From positions 421-64,420 of the forward strand of contig JASFMV010000001.1 of assembly GCA_050117375.1 (NCBI GenBank): DNA of 64,000 nt, read 5' to 3'. This DNA comes from Nitrosopumilaceae archaeon (GTDB taxonomy: Archaea; Thermoproteota; Nitrososphaeria; Nitrososphaerales; Nitrosopumilaceae). The position numbers and the translations under genes are program-made. Positions 9,284 to 17,226 of the stretch are shown here, in pieces; within the stretch, counting starts at the first letter, position 1, and the number at the start of each line of letters is the position of its first letter. The notes under the pieces were generated by a model. It saw nothing but the letters and a program-made list of their open reading frames with translations, was not told where the DNA came from and did not search any database.

Positions 9284-9931
9284 ATGAAATGTTTTTATTG
9301 TGGATCAAATTGTGATAAAAAATATTCAATAAAAGAATATGTAAAAAAAACGTTTACAAATTATGATATAGTGGCTTGTCCTGATTCTCAATATGTCTGT
9401 GATGATTGTGTTTGGGCATTTGGCAGCAATTCTGAAATACAAATGATAGATGGAGAAATTAGAAATGGAAGTCCCCGTAATTATTCCTGGTTTATAACAA
9501 AAAATAAAAAAATAGCATTTACTAAAAAGCATATTGAGGAAATAAAATATTTATTATTTCATATCAAAAAAAAACCATTCAAATTAGTTATTGCAGATTC
9601 TGGACAAAAGCATTTATTATTTAGAGCTCCATGGAACTTTGATAAAAATAATTTTATATTGCAGTTTGAGGAACAACAAATTATAGTTGATTTGAAGGAA
9701 TTGGCAAAACGAATATTTATATGTAATAGACTAAGTGCTGCTATAGGAAAAGTAGCAATATTGAATCCTGATAAAGTACAATATGCAATAGCTGTTCAAA
9801 AATACTGGAATGATTTAATTGAGTATGAGAAATGGCTCAAAATACATATGCAACCATTGTCACAGTTGGCGGTATGGTTAGCAAAAAATAAACAGGAGGC
9901 TCAAAATGAATATCAATCAGTTAACACCTGA
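9284..9931 (+). CDS. csf1: Csf1-like (Cas8-like) zinc-finger protein, type IV-B-like
   Basis: N-terminal CFYCGSNC...CPDSQYVCDDC cysteine cluster. It is the first gene of a translationally coupled operon whose order matches csf1-cas11-csf2-csf3. Confidence 0.45.
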   Translation: MKCFYCGSNCDKKYSIKEYVKKTFTNYDIVACPDSQYVCDDCVWAFGSNSEIQMIDGEIRNGSPRNYSWFITKNKKIAFTKKHIEEIKYLLFHIKKKPFKLVIADSGQKHLLFRAPWNFDKNNFILQFEEQQIIVDLKELAKRIFICNRLSAAIGKVAILNPDKVQYAIAVQKYWNDLIEYEKWLKIHMQPLSQLAVWLAKNKQEAQNEYQSVNT

Positions 9932-10346
9932 AGAGTTCCGTTTAAAAATAGCAGGGCTATTGGACCCGCTGGGACAAATGGATGATTTGGGTAAAAAATC
10001 AATGGAAGATGAGGTTATAAGATTTGTATCAATATTGCCTGAAGTGTTTGGTGATAATTTGGACCGCAAAACACTATGGGAACGAATTGGCAATGGACTT
10101 GTTTCTTCATTGGCAAAAGCCGGTGGTGATGTTGAACTTTTTGTTAATCATTGTTTGGATTATGTTAAAGCAGATAGTGGTAAAGCTGCAGCAAATGAAA
10201 ATTTACATTATTTTATTTCGACATTATCAACAAGAGATAAAGAATGGAAACAACAATTTCTACGTACAATTGAAAAAAAACATTATCTTATTATTGTTAA
10301 ATCCCGTGATACTTGGAATAAAAATAAAAAGGGAGGCACGAAATGA
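9906..10346 (+). CDS. cas11: Cas11-like small subunit (putative)
   Basis: 146-aa protein with helix-favouring composition, in the Cas11 position between the csf1-like and csf2-like genes. It has a strong RBS (CAGGAGG). The call rests mainly on position. Confidence 0.35.
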   Translation: MNINQLTPEEFRLKIAGLLDPLGQMDDLGKKSMEDEVIRFVSILPEVFGDNLDRKTLWERIGNGLVSSLAKAGGDVELFVNHCLDYVKADSGKAAANENLHYFISTLSTRDKEWKQQFLRTIEKKHYLIIVKSRDTWNKNKKGGTK

Positions 10347-11287
10347 ATAAAACAGTAAGACCAAAAGTAAAACGTAGAAAAAAAGATATAGGAACAGTTA
10401 AAGTTCATTGTGTGTCTGAGACTTTGTCCCCATTAACGCACATGATGGAGACAGCTGGAAATGAGTCAATAATCAATAGGGAAAAGGTTATCCATAATGG
10501 TATGGAAAAATGGATACCTGTTTTGTCTGGAAATTCAATTCGTCATAAATTAATTCGTGATTCCGGTATGCATTATCTTCTTAATGCATGTAGCATGAGA
10601 AAGAAAATTGACATTAAACAGGCTAATTTTTTGTTTTATGGCGGTGGATTAACTGAAAGCAGCAACTCTGAGAAAATGAAAGAAATTGCCGAAATGTATG
10701 AATTGTTTCCACTTGTGAGGCTATTAGGGGCAAGTCTTCCGTGGCAAATAGTTGCAGGAAGTCTCATTGTGTTTCGCGGGAAATTAATTTGTGAAGAAAA
10801 TAAACATTTTATTTATGAGTTATTGCCCGAAAAATTTGATATTGATTTGAATTGTCAACTGAAATCAAGTGAAGATTTTATTCACGCATATCAATATACA
10901 AGAGGCGATATTACTCGACATAAGGATGTTGTTGAGATCGTTTCTCAAGATGAATTAGCATCGGATAAAAAAACCGGTTTAATGATTTATAACGGACAAT
11001 GCATTATTACCGGATCATTATTTTATCACGGCTTTATCTTGAATAGAATATCGCGTAAAGAGGTCGGTGCCTTTTTTTTATCTTTGGAAACATGGCAGGA
11101 ATCCGGTGCGTTTCTTGGTGGCTATTCAAGAATTGGACATGGTAAATTGAAATTGAACGTCATGATCGAAGACAGCAAGGATTTTATTTCCGCCAGCGAT
11201 ATTGACGACTGCATTGACGAATACATTAATCATGTTGAGGTTAATAAAGCCAAGTGTATCGAATGGCTTGATAAAAATTTTAAGTGA
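10343..11287 (+). CDS. csf2: Csf2/Cas7-like RAMP protein (putative)
   Basis: IPVLSGNSIRHKLIRD resembles the RAMP/Cas7 motif (G/S)xS(L/I)(R/K)GxLR. The C-terminal LGGYSRIGHGKL resembles a glycine-rich RAMP loop. Size (314 aa) fits. Confidence 0.55.
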   Translation: MNKTVRPKVKRRKKDIGTVKVHCVSETLSPLTHMMETAGNESIINREKVIHNGMEKWIPVLSGNSIRHKLIRDSGMHYLLNACSMRKKIDIKQANFLFYGGGLTESSNSEKMKEIAEMYELFPLVRLLGASLPWQIVAGSLIVFRGKLICEENKHFIYELLPEKFDIDLNCQLKSSEDFIHAYQYTRGDITRHKDVVEIVSQDELASDKKTGLMIYNGQCIITGSLFYHGFILNRISRKEVGAFFLSLETWQESGAFLGGYSRIGHGKLKLNVMIEDSKDFISASDIDDCIDEYINHVEVNKAKCIEWLDKNFK

Positions 11288-11295
11288 GGTCGTTT

Positions 11296-11976
11296 ATGGC
11301 AATAGAAAATTTTAAAGTAACGGCTTATTTGGTTGCACCAGTGGTGGGGGAAATACCACCACTGGACTCATTGTTGACTTATCAGCTTGCATTTTATATG
11401 AATACATTCAAATCAAAAAAATATACAAAAGCAACACCTATAACTGAATTTGAACGTTTGCCGATACCGCTTACTGAATATGATGTTGGAGGAGATAAAG
11501 TTAACTGTTGTTCTGATCCGGTTTATATAATTGAAACAGAATGGCATGATAAATTGGCAAAAAGATTTGAAACAGATATGCTTAGCACAATCATAGATCC
11601 ACTAAAGAGAAAAACCATTAATATAGGGGGTGGGTATTTACGTTCAAGATTTCAGACGCTGCATGCTAAAATAATTAGTAGGGTGGTTTGGTTTGCTAGG
11701 GGGGACTCTGAGCAGGCATTACGATTATTGAAATATGTTAACTCGCTTGGTTATTTTAGAAAAATAGGATATGGTATTGTAAATAAATGGAATGTTGAAA
11801 TAATAAAGGAAAATTTTTCAATATCCGCGCGGTGCTCCGGGAAAAAAATATTGATGAAGACTCTGCCTGTTTGTGATGCTACTCGAAACATGGACGGTAT
11901 TCGTTATGGATTTGGTGCATACAAACCACCCTACTGGCATCCAGAAAATCAGTGTGAGGTTGTGGTTCCATGTTAA
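11296..11976 (+). CDS. csf3: Csf3/Cas5-like RAMP protein (putative)
   Basis: N-terminal APVVGEIPPLDSLL and the glycine-rich LGYFRKIGYGIV loop. ATG 11296 lies behind GAGG. Position follows the cas7-like gene. Confidence 0.45.
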   Translation: MAIENFKVTAYLVAPVVGEIPPLDSLLTYQLAFYMNTFKSKKYTKATPITEFERLPIPLTEYDVGGDKVNCCSDPVYIIETEWHDKLAKRFETDMLSTIIDPLKRKTINIGGGYLRSRFQTLHAKIISRVVWFARGDSEQALRLLKYVNSLGYFRKIGYGIVNKWNVEIIKENFSISARCSGKKILMKTLPVCDATRNMDGIRYGFGAYKPPYWHPENQCEVVVPC

Positions 11977-12515
11977 ATGGTTATTATATAATACAACAAT
12001 ACGCAAATGTGATTCAGGATTATCCATTGTTTTTTACTTTTGCTAAAAAAAATAAATTATGGAAGTATATTTATCCACACTATAGGTGGGACGTGTTGCA
12101 AATTATAGCACTTGTTTGCCTGTCTCCTGGAACTCTAAATGAAAAATATAATTTTTTACAAAGAGAACTTTATTATTTTTATAATAAAATTGTTTGTACT
12201 TTTCATTTAAAAAAGAAAAATAAATGCAAACAAAAAAGGAGTATACCAAAACATAAAAATCATTGCGATATTTGTGGAAAAGATAAATTAGAATATATGA
12301 CTAAATCATTATTTCCTGGAAAAAAAGTTTGTAATTATTGTTATATGCAGCATAAGCGCAAGTATGTGAATAAATATTATGGGCGTCTGATAAAAACATG
12401 TGAATTATGTGGAAAAGAAACAAGAACAGGATTATATACAAGTGTTTTTCCTGGAAAAAAAGTTTGTATGAGCTGCTATCAAAAAGAAATGTATAGAAGG
12501 AAAAAAAAAAAATGA
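11970..12515 (+). CDS. double zinc-ribbon protein
   Basis: Two tandem copies of C(D/E)xCGK-x12-15-FPGKKVCxxCY, with a lysine-rich C-terminus. It overlaps both neighbours. Confidence 0.6.
   Translation: MLNGYYIIQQYANVIQDYPLFFTFAKKNKLWKYIYPHYRWDVLQIIALVCLSPGTLNEKYNFLQRELYYFYNKIVCTFHLKKKNKCKQKRSIPKHKNHCDICGKDKLEYMTKSLFPGKKVCNYCYMQHKRKYVNKYYGRLIKTCELCGKETRTGLYTSVFPGKKVCMSCYQKEMYRRKKKK
12501..12512 (+). repeat. A12 homopolymer at the gene junction
   Basis: Twelve consecutive A run straight into the overlapping ATGA stop/start of 11970..12515 and 12512..12925. Confidence 0.9.
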
Positions 12516-12925
12516 GAGTGGTTTTATATAATGTTGGACGTAATTTAAATCGTGCATATCGTACTTGTTTTAGTTTTGGAATTGAAAAATTAATTTTAGT
12601 AAATTCACAGGATATAAGTATAAAATGGGAATTGAAAGGAAATCTGTTTGAAGCAAAAAATAAAGTTAAAATAATAGAAACTAACATGATGCCATTGATT
12701 GATATGCATACAATTGCACTCGAAAATTATTATAAACAATCTATATATAATATCACATGGAACAATCTTGATACTATACTGATAGGTGGAGAAACGAAAG
12801 GGCTCCCTAAATTGATTAGTTGCCAGAAAGCAACAATACCAACAATCAATAATTTTTGTTTGACAGTAGAGGCATCATTAGCAATTGCCCTGTCGGAATG
12901 GAGACGAAATGTTAATACAGTGTGA
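12512..12925 (+). CDS. minimal SPOUT (SpoU/TrmH/TrmL-like) RNA 2'-O-methyltransferase
   Basis: VVLYNVGRNLNRAYRTCFSFGIEKLILV (motif 1-like) and ILIGGETKGLP...ATIPT...CLTVEASLAIALSEW (motifs 2/3-like). Confidence 0.6.
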   Translation: MRVVLYNVGRNLNRAYRTCFSFGIEKLILVNSQDISIKWELKGNLFEAKNKVKIIETNMMPLIDMHTIALENYYKQSIYNITWNNLDTILIGGETKGLPKLISCQKATIPTINNFCLTVEASLAIALSEWRRNVNTV

Positions 12926-13622
12926 CAAGCATACACAACAGGATTTAGAAATTTGGGATAGTTATGAGGAAGCCGATTTGATTTATTATAATAATCATAA
13001 TATGGTGGAAAAAGAACAAAAAGCTATTGATACTATTATCAATTTTGATAGTGATTATGTTAGTACTTCATGGGGCAAGGACTCAACTGTTTTGGTGCAT
13101 TTGTGTTATAGGGCACAAATTAAAATACCATTGGTGTGGATTATTGTTAAAGATATTGTAAATCCTTATTGTTTTGATGTTAGAAATTATTTTTTAAAAA
13201 CTTATAATGTTAATTATTATGAGATAACCGAAAGCAGGTGGTATGATGGTAATCGCTATAGGGCCACAGGTGTTTTAGAAAATGGTTTTAAAAAAGCAGT
13301 TAAACAATTTGGAAAAAAATATATATCCGGTGTACGTGCTGAAGAGTCTGGAATAAGAAAAATGTTAACAAAAATTTATGGTGTAAAGACAGAAAAAACC
13401 TGCCGTCCGTTGGCATATTGGAAACAATCAGATATTTTTGCCTATTTGGCTCATTATCAATTGCCGGTTCATCCAAATTACGGGATGTTGGGTGGTGGGA
13501 GATATAACCGTGAACATATACGGGTTGCTTCATTGGGCATTAAAAGAGGCGATGCTTTTGATAAATTGCTATGGGAAAAAGAATACTATCAAAATGAATT
13601 AAACAAAATTGGAGGAATATAA
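12909..13622 (+). CDS. CysH-like PAPS-reductase-family PP-loop protein
   Basis: PP-loop variant YVSTSWGKDSTVLVHL, plus ISGVRAEES and PLAYWKQSDIFAYL blocks. It lacks the C-terminal Cys motifs of true PAPS reductases. ATG 12909 lies behind GGAG. Confidence 0.65.
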   Translation: MLIQCDKHTQQDLEIWDSYEEADLIYYNNHNMVEKEQKAIDTIINFDSDYVSTSWGKDSTVLVHLCYRAQIKIPLVWIIVKDIVNPYCFDVRNYFLKTYNVNYYEITESRWYDGNRYRATGVLENGFKKAVKQFGKKYISGVRAEESGIRKMLTKIYGVKTEKTCRPLAYWKQSDIFAYLAHYQLPVHPNYGMLGGGRYNREHIRVASLGIKRGDAFDKLLWEKEYYQNELNKIGGI

Positions 13623-13623
13623 A

Positions 13624-14865
13624 ATGGTAATGGAAGCACTGCGCACAGACGGCTGGTCAAATTTAATTGCCGGTATCGGTGTAAAGAAAAAAGATAAAAC
13701 AGAAAATACATATTTTGTTGAAGATTATATTTTGGAAGATGAAGACTTGTCCGCGTTGTATGATGGAGAAGGACTGGCGGCAAATATAATTGATGCTGTA
13801 CCGGATGATATGACACGGGCCGGGTGGACAATAGCAAATGACGAAAAAGAAAAAATACAAAATGAAATGAAAAGGATTAAAGCGGTATATTATTTAAACA
13901 AGGCATTAAAATATGCCCGTCTATATCGTGGGGCTATTGTTGTTATGATTACAGAGCGGGGAGAATTAGACAAGCCTATACCGGCTAATCCTGGAAATGT
14001 AAAACGCCTGCGTGTATATTCTGCAAAAAGAATAATATTAACATCAACTGATATTGTAGAAGATCCGAATTCAGAATATTTTGATGACGTTGAAATATTT
14101 CATGTTTTAACCCGTTCCGGGAAAATGCTAGATATACATAGATCGCGTTGTTTGTGGTTTGGAGGCGAACTTGTATCTGATGATTTTGAATTAGATCTTA
14201 CCTATCAATATTGGGGACTGTCTACAATGCAAAGAATATGGGCCCGGTTAAAAAATTACGGAGCAGTGGAAAGGGCTGTTGCAAATTTGCTTTTGGAGTT
14301 TAATTTGGGGATATATGAATTTTCTAATTTAGCTGAAATATTAGCTATGAATAAAGAAGAAATGATGAGTGCTGTATACACACGGTTAGAAGCTATAAAC
14401 GCATGCAAGTCTATGTTAAACGCTGTTATGATCGGTGAAGGGGAGTCTTTTACAAGGGACTCTGCGAACCTGTCCGGTTTAGCGGACATTATAGATAGAA
14501 TGATGATTAATTTAACCGGTGTTGCAAAGATCCCGGCAACTAAATTATTTCGGCGATCTCCTGCGGGAATGAATGCGACAGGCGAAAGCGATATAACTAA
14601 CTATTATGATGATGTGAGTACACAACAGACACAAAAACTTGAACCGGAACTGCAAAAATTAATTAATGTAATCGGAAAAGCTGTTTATGGCAGCAACAAA
14701 GAAAATAAATATACAATTACTTTTAATTCTTTGTGGGAGCCGACTGAAAAAGAAAAAGCCGAAACAAAAAAATTAAATGCGGAAACACATTCAACTGATA
14801 TTGCAAATCAAGTTATAGATGCGGAAGAGTCTCGTAAAATAAGGTATCCAGATTTGGAGGTATAG
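13624..14865 (+). CDS. portal protein (DUF1073-like)
   Basis: N-terminal ALRTDGWSNLIAGIGVKKKDK is typical of DUF1073 portals. Size and position fit. ATG 13624 lies behind GGAGG. Confidence 0.75.
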   Translation: MVMEALRTDGWSNLIAGIGVKKKDKTENTYFVEDYILEDEDLSALYDGEGLAANIIDAVPDDMTRAGWTIANDEKEKIQNEMKRIKAVYYLNKALKYARLYRGAIVVMITERGELDKPIPANPGNVKRLRVYSAKRIILTSTDIVEDPNSEYFDDVEIFHVLTRSGKMLDIHRSRCLWFGGELVSDDFELDLTYQYWGLSTMQRIWARLKNYGAVERAVANLLLEFNLGIYEFSNLAEILAMNKEEMMSAVYTRLEAINACKSMLNAVMIGEGESFTRDSANLSGLADIIDRMMINLTGVAKIPATKLFRRSPAGMNATGESDITNYYDDVSTQQTQKLEPELQKLINVIGKAVYGSNKENKYTITFNSLWEPTEKEKAETKKLNAETHSTDIANQVIDAEESRKIRYPDLEV

Positions 14866-14866
14866 C

Positions 14867-15088
14867 ATGTTTACTGTTTTATTTATGATTTTTCTTTTGG
14901 GAATAGGTCTATTGTGGTCTATTAGAAAATGCTTATTATTAGAAAAAGAAGTAGTTCAAATTCATAAGGCAATAAGAGAATCAATGGAAATTATGGCACA
15001 TGGGCCCGTGGATGTTTCGTCTTTAAATGCGAATACAGAATACTTGAAAGAGAAACTTAAAAAGGACAAAAATGACAGACATAAATAA
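14867..15088 (+). CDS. small membrane protein
   Basis: One N-terminal TM segment. Confidence 0.45.
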   Translation: MFTVLFMIFLLGIGLLWSIRKCLLLEKEVVQIHKAIRESMEIMAHGPVDVSSLNANTEYLKEKLKKDKNDRHK

Positions 15089-16097
15089 AAAATTATTTTT
15101 AGAATTATTAAAATTAAAAAGAAAAGAAATGGGGCCCGGAAACAGGGCAAGGTCCAAAAATCCCGTAAAAGGAATTAATTGGATTTATCCGTTTTCTGTT
15201 GAGCGCAAATATGCAAAATGGCTACAGTCTATGATGCAACAGATTATTGAACCGGCTACAGAATTTGTCCGGGCGAATGTCGGAAACTGGATAAAGGAAT
15301 ATGCAGAAATGACGGCAGACGCCTATCCCGGTGATTTAAGAGTCAATATTGAAGATATTGAAAAAACGCTAAAGCAGATATATGAAGAGAGGGGCGAAGA
15401 AGTCCGAACACTGATTGCAGATTTTGGATTTCAGGTATCCGGGCAAAATATACAACAATGGAAAAAATTTACAAAAAAAGTTTTGGGAGTGGAGTTTGTA
15501 ATAACAGAGCCCTGGGAAATTGAAATAATAAAAGCCTGGGCGGAAGATAATTTCACATTGGTAAAATCCTTATCACAGGAATATATAAAAAAAGTTAATA
15601 CAATAGTTTCTGAAGCAGTAACGACAGGCCGGACAGCTGGGTATTTAGTTAAACAGCCGACATTCAAAGAAATAGAACAAGGAGTTTTTAGAAAGCTTAA
15701 AAAATGGAATAAGAATTATGCGGAATACCGGACAAGACTTATTGCACGGGATCAAGTAGGAAAATTACAAGGACAGTTTACCCAGCGCAGGCAGGAAGAC
15801 GCCGGAATAGATTCTTATTTTTGGGTAACTGCCGGGGATGAACGAGTCCGGGGAAATCCGGCCGGCCCGTGGAAAAATGCTGTTCCGTCCCACTACATTA
15901 TGAGCGGTGTATTGTGTCGTTGGGATAATGTTACGTTGTATTCTGAAAATAACGGGAAGACGTGGAAAAAAAGAAAGGCGAAAATGCCGAAAGCACATCC
16001 GGGACAAGAAATACAGTGTCGTTGTTCCGCTATTCCAAATATGATAGATCTAGTCGAACAAGTTGATAAATTAATTGAAAATGAAAAAGCAGCATAA
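15072..16097 (+). CDS. head morphogenesis protein (Mu F / SPP1 gp7-like)
   Basis: GDERVRGNP...H...G...W...HPGQEIQCRCS is a C-terminal pattern typical of Phage_Mu_F. The gene is adjacent to the portal. Confidence 0.7.
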   Translation: MTDINKKLFLELLKLKRKEMGPGNRARSKNPVKGINWIYPFSVERKYAKWLQSMMQQIIEPATEFVRANVGNWIKEYAEMTADAYPGDLRVNIEDIEKTLKQIYEERGEEVRTLIADFGFQVSGQNIQQWKKFTKKVLGVEFVITEPWEIEIIKAWAEDNFTLVKSLSQEYIKKVNTIVSEAVTTGRTAGYLVKQPTFKEIEQGVFRKLKKWNKNYAEYRTRLIARDQVGKLQGQFTQRRQEDAGIDSYFWVTAGDERVRGNPAGPWKNAVPSHYIMSGVLCRWDNVTLYSENNGKTWKKRKAKMPKAHPGQEIQCRCSAIPNMIDLVEQVDKLIENEKAA

Positions 16098-16106
16098 GGG
16101 GAGAAA

Positions 16107-16271
16107 ATGCACGACGAAATAGTGATTTATAAAGTATTAGAAAGGGTGGAAGAATTAATCAAGGAAATTAAATATGGAAAAATTGTAATTGAATTACAAG
16201 AAAACAGTGATAAAATAGATATTGTTTCGGAAGTCCGGGAAAGATTTACAAAAAATAAAAAGCCGCATTAA
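16107..16271 (+). CDS. YezD/DUF2292-like small protein
   Basis: 54 aa. The IKYGKIVIELQENSDKIDIVSEVRERF pattern fits. RBS is GGGGAG. Confidence 0.35.
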   Translation: MHDEIVIYKVLERVEELIKEIKYGKIVIELQENSDKIDIVSEVRERFTKNKKPH

Positions 16272-16280
16272 ATAATCCCT

Positions 16281-16394
16281 CATATTATCAGTACTTATAA
16301 ACATAAAAATATATCAAACAATAAAAAGTACTTTACTTTATTTACCTTTATTGCTATTTTATGTACATAAAGTTAATAAAGGAGATTTGAAATG
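16281..16394 (+). repeat. promoter/5'UTR cassette, copy 1 (class A promoter TTTACT 16332-16337, TATTTT 16355-16360)
   Basis: About 115 nt shared with 45404-45521 and, inverted, 39150-39270: CAGTACTTA...AAAAAGTACTTTACTTTATT...ACATAAAGTTAATAAAGGAGAT...ATG. Confidence 0.7.
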
Positions 16395-16562
16395 AATAAA
16401 GTTTATGAAAAAATGATAGAAAGAATTGAAAACAATCAGGACCCAATTACAGGAGAAAAAATACAAACCGTTGGACAAATTTTCGTGAAAAACGGTAAAG
16501 CATGTGACACAACTGGAAAAGAGGTAATATTAAATGATAAAGGAACATGGATATACAAATAA
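16392..16562 (+). CDS. small hypothetical protein (56 aa)
   Basis: First ORF behind cassette copy 1, with RBS AAAGGAG. Confidence 0.45.
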   Translation: MNKVYEKMIERIENNQDPITGEKIQTVGQIFVKNGKACDTTGKEVILNDKGTWIYK

Positions 16563-16710
16563 AAAATACTGGGATTGCTTATGTGAAAGCAATTATATTC
16601 ATTCTAAAAATGTTAGATGGTGTCTTAAATGCGGAGCAGATAGAGACGAGCAACCTGATTCTATTCAATCGGAGGTAGAAAAATATTTAAATGAAAACAA
16701 TAACAATTGA
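16534..16710 (+). CDS. small zinc-ribbon protein (58 aa)
   Basis: CLC...CLKC pattern. It overlaps both neighbours. Confidence 0.3.
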   Translation: MIKEHGYTNKKYWDCLCESNYIHSKNVRWCLKCGADRDEQPDSIQSEVEKYLNENNNN

Positions 16711-16996
16711 AGAGGCTGTCAAGCTCCGTAGAAAATGGAAATACGTTGCTAGTTGTTACAAAAATATGGTCGCTCTTAAAAATGACCATATGGACGAACT
16801 ACTAAAAGACGGTTTTGATTTTTGTATTATCGGAACAGGGGATTCAGCATATACTCATTCCCTCCGTGTTTCTATTCAATTTGTAAAATCCAGTTTATAT
16901 TTAAACGGACAATTTTTAATTATAGGGGAGGGCTTTCCAGGAAGAAAAAAAAGTGTGCGTTATTTGGGCTGGTGCATACGAATTGAAAAAGATTAA
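16691..16996 (+). CDS. hypothetical protein, paralogue of 2075..2377
   Basis: Full-length collinear similarity to 2075..2377. Confidence 0.65.
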   Translation: MKTITIEEAVKLRRKWKYVASCYKNMVALKNDHMDELLKDGFDFCIIGTGDSAYTHSLRVSIQFVKSSLYLNGQFLIIGEGFPGRKKSVRYLGWCIRIEKD

Positions 16997-17017
16997 AAAT
17001 AACTTGAAGGTTTTATT

Positions 17018-17212
17018 ATGTACAAAATCAAATTTTTTAGAAATCATATATTTTTTGATGAGATCAAGTTAAAAACTTTTAACGAGGTTGTCCATTATTG
17101 TGGTTCTGTGTCTAAATTGGATTATGGGTTGGATGATTGTCGTTTTGAGGTTTTTTTCTCAGATCCAGGTTCTAAAAAATTGGATGAATTTATTGATATT
17201 TATTTTTTTTAA
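17018..17212 (+). CDS. hypothetical protein
   Basis: 64-aa ORF. Confidence 0.4.
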   Translation: MYKIKFFRNHIFFDEIKLKTFNEVVHYCGSVSKLDYGLDDCRFEVFFSDPGSKKLDEFIDIYFF

Positions 17213-17226
17213 ATAAGGAAATTTAA

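Noticed and set aside
10024-10350. An alternative-frame 108-aa ORF overlapping the cas11-like gene
   Set aside because: It has no RBS and an odd composition. The 9906 frame has a strong CAGGAGG site and couples to the downstream gene.
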